Position numbers and translations under genes: made by a program. Shown one piece after another: positions 54,006-64,000 of a DNA stretch of 64,000 bases. Position 1 is the first letter of the stretch; each line of letters begins with the position of its first letter. A model generated the notes under the pieces. The model did no database searches. It was not told where the DNA came from and saw nothing but the letters and a program-made list of their open reading frames with translations. The DNA is from Octopus sinensis (lineage: Eukaryota). The DNA lies in assembly GCF_006345805.1 (NCBI RefSeq), contig NC_043011.1, positions 33,740,464 through 33,804,463 on the forward strand, written 5' to 3'.

Positions 54006-54917
54006 TCCTCCTCAGTATACATTTTTAAAGATTGAAGGTGAAATGTAAAAACAATAAGATAAAGATGATGGTGATAATAAAAATAATAATGATTCTTTCT
54101 AGTATAAGCACAAGGTCTAAGCACAAGGAAAGGGACTAGTCAATTACATCGACTCCAGTGTGTGACTGGTATTTATTTTATCAATCTTGAAAGGTTGAAA
54201 GGCAAAATGAACCTCAGCAGAATTTGAACACAGAACATAAAGATGGACAAAATGCAGCTAAGTATTTTGCCCAAGGTGTTAATAATTCTGCCAGCTCATC
54301 ACCTAATAATAATAATGACGATGACGACAACGCCAGTGCCGCCGATGAATGCCCTGATGCAGTACCAGGCAGTGGCTCTCGTGGCTTCTGATCTTAAATG
54401 ATTGGGAGTGTTATCCTGTACATTGTTTTGTCTAGGTATGAAAGATGGGCTACAGCAAATATTCTGCTCAATTTCACAGATTTGCTTGTCAGTTGTTTGA
54501 CCTTAACCAGTTGAGCATGTCTCTTAGTGGCTGATGATATGTACATCTCTGATCATGCACAGAAGTAGTCAGGGAGCATCATAGTCATCTGTTGAGAGGA
54601 ATTTTTGGGGTTTGGATAATTCACCACTGGAAACATGGGTGTTTCATTCAACATTCTGGAACAACCCTTATTCAGGGACCTTGTGAGTGGGATGGGCTAC
54701 TCAACCTGAAAAAAATCCTAACTGGGCCCCACCTGCAAGGTCAAGTGCTGTTTACTTTGATATAAGATCACCATGTTGGCACTCTTCTTTTAATTTTGAC
54801 TCTATATCTTCAGGAGGAGTTACCTCAACCCTTTATATATTAACCAAAATGAAGTAGATTGACAAAATTATTTTTTGAACCAGTTGAAGACACACGAGAT
54901 GTCGAAATATCGTTCAC

Positions 54918-54972
<55 letters not shown>

Positions 54973-55314
54973 TGGTGATGATGATGATAATAATAATAAT
55001 CGTCTCTAAAATAGGCACAAGACAAGCAATTTTTGATGGTAGGGTTAATTAATTTTATTGACCCCAATACTCAACTGGTACTTTATCAACTCTGGAAGGA
55101 TACAATGCAAAATTGATTTTGGTGGGATTTAAACTGACATCATAAAGAGTCAAAACAAACATTGAACTCAGAACATTAGGGTGAGCTTATTGCTGAGCCA
55201 CATAGACCACTGCATGAGCTTACACTGTTTCAAACTGGGTTCCCTTCCTCCCATGTTAAGTGGCTTGCTGTAAAATTTTAAAAAATAAGACTGAAATGAG
55301 GTGAAAGTACGTAC

Positions 55315-55482
55315 TTCATCCAGACCTTCACAGAGTACATGCTGCTGGATCCATTCTAGATCATTGGAGTTTTCCTTCTCTCGCACTCCTTCATTCACTT
55401 GGCTACATAGTTCTTCAGCTTTCGCTAAGGCATCGACCAGATGCAAATGGTCAGGGTGTTCTTCTGGGGTGTGTTTCAAAAT
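55315..55482 (-). CDS. ITSN: Intersectin DH C-terminal exon: [56 protein letters not shown]
   Basis: 168 nt, phase 0-0; acceptor gttttgattag, donor gtacgt; [17 protein letters not shown] motif. Confidence 0.96.
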
Positions 55483-56639
55483 CTAATCAAAACAATAAAA
55501 AAATCATTAGACATGATTAAACAAGGTATAATCACTATTATCATCATAAAATGTCCATGTTCCATGCTAACATGTATTAAACACTTTGACAGGATTCAAT
55601 GCATCCAAGGACCACATTGTGCTCCAATATATGATTTGGCATGGTTTCTACAGCTGGTCACACTTCCTAACACCAACCACTTTATAGCATGGACTGGGTG
55701 CTTTTTCTATGCCACCTGCACTGTTGGGGTCACCATGCAGCTTGCAGGACTACAAACTCTGGGCAAGGCAAGCAGGTCGGCTCCATGCTAGGGGACAGAG
55801 GGATTACTATGAGAAGCTGGGGGAGCAGAGCAGGTTCTTGTAGCGGGATCAACATGGCTACTCAGATTTAGTATGGAAAGTGGAGAGAGAGAAAGAGAAA
55901 ATTATCAGTAGGAACCACAAGAGATAGAAAAAGGAGGACGCCCAAAACCGAGCAAGACGGCGAGATGGTGTGAGGGTGGTTGCTATGGCATTGAAATAGA
56001 TCTGGCCACCCCTGTTAATGGGGACAAAACCTGGATTTAAAACAGTGGATGATGACGATGATGATCATGATGATCATGATGATGAAGTGCTTAGGTGGCC
56101 CCACAAAGTGCAAGGTGAGTAGCAGGTGGATTTGGCTTGCAAGACTGTATGGGAAGGAGAATGAAGGTATAAGGGGGCAATCTACCAAAACTGGTGAGGC
56201 TGAAGGGTGGATATACAAAGAACTATGAGTTAAGGAAGCTATAATACGGGGTTCTTTTAACACACACACAGGACATTAAATGTTTTGAGAGAAGGAGGAG
56301 TCTAGCAGATTCTTTTATTTTTTACTTGATTCAATCATTGGACTGCCCAGCTGGGGCACCACCTTGACAGGTATAGTTGTGTGGATATGGAGTTTAGTTC
56401 AAAACTGCAATGTTCCCTCTAAAAAACACCAATCCAAAATCAGGGTTAATACTGTTCTTTATCATCCCCCAAAAAATACAAGCAACCCTAGTGCTTATTT
56501 TTAAAGTTTGGTGTAGTAAAAGTGATGGGCATTATCTCTTCTTCCTGAATTAAACTATGTAAAAAAAAAAAAGAAGACACATTCCAGCCTTGACCTGACA
56601 GGTAAATAAACTGGCTGTCTCGTTAAGATGATGACTTAC

Positions 56640-56738
56640 CTTTTTAAGGAGAAGGGGATACCGAGTTATTCGCTGCATGGGTTTCAGAAGGAAACTACTT
56701 AACGGCATTCCTTGACATGCAGGATCTGTGACACATTG
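56640..56738 (-). CDS. ITSN: Intersectin DH exon: [33 protein letters not shown]
   Basis: 99 nt, phase 0-0; acceptor gttgttaacag, donor gtaagt; canonical DH motif [18 protein letters not shown]. Found by manual translation (not in ORF track). Confidence 0.96.
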
Positions 56739-57353
56739 CTGTTAACAACACGAATACAAAGAGAAACAAAACATTTAATAGATGTAGTAAGAAGCACGAA
56801 TCAATGAATACTTAATATTTATTGAATGCTACAAGCAGTTAAAATTTAACAGTGGTGCTACAAATGTATATGTGTGTGTATGTGTGTGTGTATTTTAGAA
56901 AGACAAAATGAACAAGTAAAACATGTAGTATCACTTTAGAGTGTGCAATTCATAATTCAAACATAATTGTAGAGTAGTGAGAGTAAGTAAAGGATTAAGA
57001 AATAATGCATAAAGTTTCTTACAGCTGTTTCTGTAATAGCTGTGCAAAGATTTCCATATAAGTCTAGTAGTTTTATATATATATATATCATCATTATCAT
57101 CATCATCATCATCATTGTTTAACGTCCGGTTGGACATTTAGCATGGGTTGGACATTTCGACGGGGGTCTGGGAAGCCAGGAGGCAGCACCAGGCTCCAGT
57201 GTGATCTGGCAGTGTTTCTACAGCTGGAAGCCCTTCCTAACGCCAACCACTCCGTGAGTGTAGTGGGTGCTTCTTACGTGCCACCGGCACAGGTGCCAGG
57301 GGAGGCTGGTAGCGGCCATATCAGTTGGTGCCTTTTACGTGCCACCGGCATGG

Positions 57354-57398
<45 letters not shown>

Positions 57399-57640
57399 GA
57401 GTGAGAGAGAGAATTTTAAAAAAGGTCAGGAGATATGACATGAATATATTTATTTCACCAGCCAATATTCAACTATGGAAAGGAAATAGATATATCCATC
57501 TCATACTTCTTGACTTTCTTTATATTCTATATACTCCTCATGAAATAATTTTCATTGATTAGATTTAGTAGCCTGATCCACCAACGGAGCTTTTTTGTGA
57601 TTACCACTGGATAATATAAATCCATATATTGTGCACTAAA

Positions 57641-57694
<54 letters not shown>

Positions 57695-57767
57695 ATAGTG
57701 ATGTATATATATATATATATATATTTAAGCATATATGTGTAAATACATATGTGTGTGTATGTATGTA

Positions 57768-57811
<44 letters not shown>

Positions 57812-58039
57812 TACATATATGTTTGTATATATGTATGGAGGAACAAATTCATTTCGATCATCAACTTATGGATATTACAATTTCATATTATTTATTAATT
57901 ATACAAATAGGAACATGAAAATCGAACAAAACAATACACATCAATATGCAAATTAATAATAAAATTAAATAATACAAATAAACTGCTCCTTACAGCTGTT
58001 TCAGTCTCATAACCCCTATCTTACTTTGTACTATATATA

Positions 58040-58530
58040 TATATAAAGGAATACCAAAAATGGGACAAGAATGCAAAACATCCAGACAGCTGGATGATAC
58101 AAAAAAAGAACAACAAAATATCCAGACAGATGATACAAATAAAACAAGAACGGATCATTCGGAGTTTTCTTTCTTCAGTCGAGTTCCTGATTATCTTTGC
58201 AATTTCAGCTGGTTATACTCGAGATTGCTCCAATCTAGCCAACCCCAAGGAAAAACTAAGCTAAGAGCATCGTGTAACATTTCTCCATTGTTACTCTCCT
58301 AGTTTTCATATACATTTGCTGCTTTCTTCCAAGGAATCTGGTGCTCTTAGCTTAGTTTTTCCTGGGGCTGGTCAAATTGGAACAATCTCGAGTATAACCA
58401 GCTGAGATTGCAACGATAATCTGGAACTCGACTGAAGAAAGAAAATTCCAAATGATCGGTCCTTGATTTTTGTATCGTCTGACTGGATGCTTTGCGTTCT
58501 TGTCCCATTTTTGGTATTCCTTTTTATATA
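58040..58530. repeat. Fold-back, ~190-230-bp arms, 72-nt spacer; same family as 51631-51866
   Basis: Shared TGGGACAAGAAYGCAAA and CTTCAGTC...GCAATTTC.GCTG segments in inverted orientation. Confidence 0.85.
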
Positions 58531-58559
58531 AATATAACGACATACATACACTTTGGTCT

Positions 58560-58651
<92 letters not shown>

Positions 58652-59797
58652 TAGATATATATATATATACACATATCATTATTATCATCATCATCGTTTA
58701 ACATCCGTTTTCCATGCTAGCATGGGTTGGATGGTTCGACCGGGGTCTAGAAAGCCAGGAGGCTGCACCAGGCTCCAGTCTGACCTGGCAGTATTTCTAC
58801 AGCTGGATGCCCTTCCTAATGCCAACCACTCCATGAGTGTAGTGGGTGCCTTTTATATGCCATGATCGGTTGGTATTTTTACATGCCACTGGCACAGACG
58901 CCAGTCAAGGTGGTGTTGGCATCAGCCATGTTCGGATGGTGCTTTTTACGTGCCATATGTATTTATGTATGTGTGTGTGTGTGTATGTATGTATGTATAT
59001 ATGTATGTATGTATGTACGTACATACATATTGGTGCAAGCATGGTTGTGTAGTTAAGGTTCAGTCCTACTGTATGTGCTGTCTTGTTTTTACTGTTGCCC
59101 TGGGCTTACTAATGTGTTGTGAACAGATTTGCCAGATGGAAACAGAAAGAAGCCCATTATAAATGTCTACGTGTGTCTGCATGTGCATGTGTGCACATGA
59201 GAATGAATTTGTGTGTATCTCTTTGTCTTGACATCATGTGACAGTTGTAAACAAGTGGCACCACCATACAAGTGGTGTCATGCCTTTCCAGTCTTCCATG
59301 AAAACCTATCTGACCACTGGGAAATGTTACCTTGCTTGGAAACAGGTAAGGGTTGGCAAGAGGAATGGTGGCAAACTGGCAGAAACGTTAGAACGCTGGG
59401 CAAAATGCTTAGCGGTATTTCGTCTGCCGTTACGTTTTGAGTTCAAATTCCGCTGAGGTCGACTTTGTCTTTCATCCTTTCGGGGTCGATAAATTAAGTA
59501 CCAGTTACTCACTGGGGTCAATATAATCGACTTAATCCGTTTGTCTGTCCTTGTTTGTCCCCTCTATGTTTAGCCCCTTGTGGGCAATAAAGAAATAAGA
59601 GGAAGGGCATCCAGCCATAGAAAATCTTTGTCAGTAAACTCCATCCAAACCATACAAACATGGAAAAGAGAACATTAAAATGACAACCATGATGATGACG
59701 ACGACGACGATGATGATGATGATGATATTGATGAAATTGAGTATGGTAATGATGATGGTGATGGTGATGATGAACTAACACAAATGTTGGTACTTAC

Positions 59798-59905
59798 TTT
59801 ATGAACCTCAACAAATTCTGGAACATTTTCTGTTTTCTTTTGCAAGAGGGTCCCTGCATTTAATTGGCAACTGCAGAATCTTATGTAAGGTGATAGGTGA
59901 GGCAG
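59798..59905 (-). CDS. ITSN: Intersectin long form, DH (RhoGEF) domain exon: [36 protein letters not shown]
   Basis: 108 nt, phase 0-0; acceptor ctttcttttcag, donor gtaagt; [11 protein letters not shown] motif recognised as intersectin DH; in frame with next exon. Confidence 0.95.
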
Positions 59906-60159
59906 CTGAAAAGAAAGCATGGTTATATTGTAGTTAGGGAAACAGTTTTAATTCATTTATATGTACATATATATATATATATATATATATAGGCGCATTC
60001 ATATATATATATTTAAGTCATTCATATACACACACGTTAGAAGTAAATAGCCACCCCATAAAACATTGTTTTCTGTTTATTCTAACTTGTAAAGGTTTAT
60101 ATTTCTTATTAATTGACATTTTTATGCTTCATATTCTATATGTGACTGTTTAATCATGC

Positions 60160-60840
60160 CATGTACAAAAGAAGCCTTGGAACAGTCTGAATTTCAAAAA
60201 GGCCATATTGTGGGTCATCCTGACGGTGGATTATAGTCAGCATAAAATTGCAGAAAACCTTGGGATCCCACTTTCTACAGTTCATAGAGTGATTGTGCAA
60301 TTCACCAGAGAGGGGAAGGAGTCCACATCGCCTTGTCCAGATCAACCAGAGCCCTCTGACAGGACCCTTCTCTTTGCTAAGTGAAGTGTGGAGGATAATC
60401 CTCATTGCAAGACCTCTGACATAACAGAGCAAGTTGATGTCAGTCCCAGAACAGCTGTCAGGTATCTCCACAAACTTGGTTACTATGGCAGAGCAGGAAG
60501 AAGGAAGCCACATCTTTGACCAGCGAAGAAAAGATTAGGCCAGTGAGATGGTGGAGAGGCCATTAGCATTTTGGGACACTGTCATATTCTCTGATGAGTC
60601 CAGATTTGCTGTACTTCTTAACAGTGGTTGAGTGTGGGACTGGAGACTCTGTGATCAAGAATTTGATGTAAAAAAGATTGCAACCAGCAATGAAACACAG
60701 CAGCTATTTTGTGATGGTCTGGGGAACAATTTGGAGCAATGGTTGATCAGAGCTGGTGGAGTGTGAGGGTAAGATAAACTCAAATAAATATGTGTCCATA
60801 TTGCAGAAAGGACTCCTTCCAAACTTCCCCAGTGGGAAAG
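60160..60840 (+). mobile_element. Decayed Tc1-like transposase remnant
   Basis: Frameshifted translation gives [41 protein letters not shown] and FWDTVIFSDESRF; boundaries approximate. Confidence 0.8.
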
Positions 60841-61699
60841 GGATGACTCAAAGTTTGCTGGAGTAACTCATGTTATCAGTTTATCCTCAAATTGGAGACC
60901 TTGCAACACAGTGTAGGTTCCACTTAATTTAGCCAAGAGCCAACTAATGGTGGCCCCTAGGTTACCCTAAGTATCAAACTTAAAACAAATTTGTATTGGG
61001 ATTAAAGCAGCGCCCCAGTATGGCTGCAGTCCAATGATTGGAATAAGTACAAGATAAAAGACTTCATCATGGCACAGGTCCTTTTACACTGGTCAGATTG
61101 ATGTAGGGGTGCCTGATCACTTGCAGGTTAATGTCTACTGAAGAAATATGGCTAAGTATTGGCAAAGCAGGAAATGGTGTAAAAGTACTCCATTAGACGT
61201 TTTTGTTATGGTGAACAAACTGAATGTGCTAGTGAATATAGAGTCAAGTTTTTATTTTACATCTTTTTAGTGACTAGTAATGCAAATGGTAACTGATGTC
61301 TTATTCCATATACCTTGACATAATACTGCAGCAGTAACGACAATCATAAAAGCTCAGAGCTTATGTCAACCTGCAGACATATGCCAAAGTTATTGCTCAT
61401 TGATTTCAAGGCAAAAATAAACGTATGTTGCCTCATGGTTAGGATATTTCACTCACCAGCACAAGATTATGGTTTTGAATGCTGAATTCATGATGCATTG
61501 TATTCTTGAGCAAAACACTTCATTCCACGTTGCTCCAGTCCACTCAGTTGTAAATGAGTAACTCTGCAATGAACTAGTATTCGCTTGAGGGGAAATGTTG
61601 TGATTTCAGTCACTTATATACAATGGAAACCATAACCTGGCCTATGAGACCTAGGACTTGAGGCAGTAATGAAGAAAAGTTACCTCTGATGTTTGATGA

Positions 61700-62145
61700 A
61701 AAGGATGTGAACTCGACTAAATAATCAATGAAAGACATCTGATACTTTTAAAATATCGTAACTATCATTTTGTTCTTTTGCACACACACTCAGAAGAATA
61801 TGAGCAACAGGATGAACCAGTTTGAGCTGAATCTTCAAAATCATTCAAGTAACAGGACACATCCCAGTTCCTGAGTATAGAGATTAGTTGGATAAAAAAA
61901 TCTGATCAATGGTAACCCATAATCTTGTGAAGTATCTTGGTACCAAAGGAGTTCAGGTGATCCCAGACAGTGTTAGTTGACTGCATACCACATGGCCACA
62001 GTGGATAAGGAAATATCTCGTGGAAATGCAGACTGACTGGGACAGAGCTCTGAGGGTTTATCAGGACAACACAAGCAAATACAAACAAATGATGGATGCA
62101 GCAATGCCCTGCAATGGCATATGTCCCCATACCTGATCTGACATA
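61700..62145 (+). mobile_element. Decayed RTE/Expander-like LINE 3' end
   Basis: WPQWIRKYLVEM...MDAAMPCNGICPHT* then CCTGATCTGAC; homologous to 41865-42260. Confidence 0.6.
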
Positions 62146-64000
62146 CAAACACTGACGAGCATGGTTAACTGTAAAATCCATAGCACGAAAGCTCTAGATA
62201 CGAGGATAAAAACCTGTTTATGCACATGCAATTTTTATATATATGTATGTACCTTCTTTCTAGAAATCTACAAAAAAAAAAAAAACTAAAAGAAAATATT
62301 CTTGATAAAAGATGAAGAACAAAAGAGAAACTATAGTCAAGATGATAATGACATTGTTTTAAATAAGATGAAAATAGAACAGAGAGAAAGGAGAGGAATG
62401 GAAGGTGGAGAAGGACTAAGAGGCGACATTTCAATATTTCTAAACGTGGGAGAGAGTGGTGGGAAGAGAAGTAACTGATCAGAGCACTAGACTTGGTTCT
62501 TGTTCTTCAAATTGTTTTGTGAAACTTTAATCATCTTAATGGATTATCTTGGTTGAACAAATTAAAACCGCTTCATTAAAACCGTCTTTGCCACAATCTA
62601 ATAATAATACACCAGAATTGGATTAGAATAGCAAATTATGATAAGATGAGCAAGTGTCTTTGTCTCTGGCTGCTGCTGGTGCTGTTGTCTAAGCTACAAG
62701 TCAATATATATGAAAAGCATTCCAGCTGTGACCTTCTCATCTTTGTAAGGGGGATATAGGACAACATTATCTTCAAAAACAGGATATGATTTAAAAGAGA
62801 TTTGGTTGCTATTTCTAGCAATTTGAGCGACCACATGGATCTCTCAATGCTTCACAGTTAGTGTTTACTGCTATGTCATCCCTGACTGAGCAAACCTTAA
62901 AATCAAGGGTATTCCAACCATGAACATCCCATCTATTTAAACAATAGACAGGACTCACTACATTACTGAATGTGTCCTTTTTTTTAAGCTAAGATGACAA
63001 GATGTGATTTGAGAGACATTTGGCTGCTTTTTCTAGCAGATTGTATAATTATGTTGTATAATAATTAGCTTGTTGTCGTCATCATTGTTGTTGTTGTTGT
63101 TGTTGGTGGTGGTGGTGATGGTGGTGGCGGCAGCAGTGGTGGTAGTAATACTATTATTGTCAGTGTTCTCATAGTTGTTGCTGTTGTAGCTGTTGACAGT
63201 GTTATTGTTACTGTTGTTGTTGTTGTTGTTAAGGATGTCGTTGTTGCTGTTCGTGAGTTTGGTGTTGTTACTGTTGTTGTTGATGCTGTTGTGGATGCTG
63301 TTATTCTTATTGTTGTTGTTGTTGCTGTTCTTATCAATGTTTACGATGACGGTGTTGGTGTTGTCGACAGAAGCATTCATCATAGAGCTGTTGTGGTATT
63401 TGGCCGTGTAGGTGGTGGTGGTGGTGGTAGTGGTGGTGGTGGTGGTAGTGGTGGTGGTGGTGGTAGTGGCGGTGGCAGTTGCCATAGAAGTGGTGGTGGC
63501 GGTGGCAGTTGCCATAGAAGTGGTGGTGGAAGTGGTGGTGGTGCTGGTGCCAGTAGTGGTGGGGATGATGTCGGTATTGCTGATGGTGGTAGTGGTGCCG
63601 ATGGTGGCAGTGGTAGTGATGCTGGTTGTTGTTGTTGTTGTTATTATTGGTGGTGGTAGTGGCGGTGGTGGTGATACTGCTGATGATGGTAGTGCTGCTG
63701 GTGCTGGCGACAGTGGATGTTCTAAAAATTTCATCTTCTCCATAATGATACTCAGTGGTATTTTTGTGATGGATGTAAAATAAACTCTGTTCTGTCTGGT
63801 ACAATAAACTTGACATTTCACTGACAATAGCAGTGAACATGCAGGTGAGGGATGAGGAGGAATAAGGAGAGGAGGAGGAGGAGGAGGAATATCGATGCAA
63901 GGAGTGAGAGGGTGAGAGGTGAGTGAGAAAATAGAAGGAAGAATATTGGATAAATGTGGTTTTGTTTCTGGTAATTGTAAAACAGCAGGAAGAGAGACAA

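Noticed and set aside
63033-63900. 264-aa and 188-aa Thr/Asn/His-rich minus-strand ORFs
   Set aside because: Trinucleotide microsatellites open in several frames; no intersectin similarity. The upstream DH exon was not found in 59906-64000.

Overview
Eukaryotic, AT-rich, repeat-dense genomic DNA. The (TAA)n/(TA)n/(CA)n microsatellites and the tRNA-SINE and RTE-LINE families suggest an octopus (coleoid cephalopod); this is inference. The window lies inside one minus-strand gene, the long (DH-PH-C2) form of intersectin. I traced eight phase-consistent shared GT-AG exons (59798-59905, 56640-56738, 55315-55482, 51224-51295, 48891-49022, 45961-46085, 41648-41730, 1700-1873). The upstream part of the gene and the last exon were not found in the window. 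Main discovery: two paralogous phase-1/phase-1 exons, A (21418-21501, 84 nt) and B (12071-12148, 78 nt), both encode C2 beta-strand 1 plus Ca2+-binding loop 1. Only B supplies the first canonical Ca2+-ligand Asp, so they look like mutually exclusive exons that could switch C2 calcium sensing. Exon B has a UGCAUG (RBFOX-type) cluster upstream. Exon A has a structured GC-rich island downstream. The introns also hold a decayed elongator tRNA-Met gene with a 12-nt insertion at the canonical intron site, many long fold-back elements, a full-length dead mariner, hAT/piggyBac/Tc1 MITEs, Helitrons, RTE LINE ends and SINE arrays. Most of the supplied ORFs are microsatellite artefacts.
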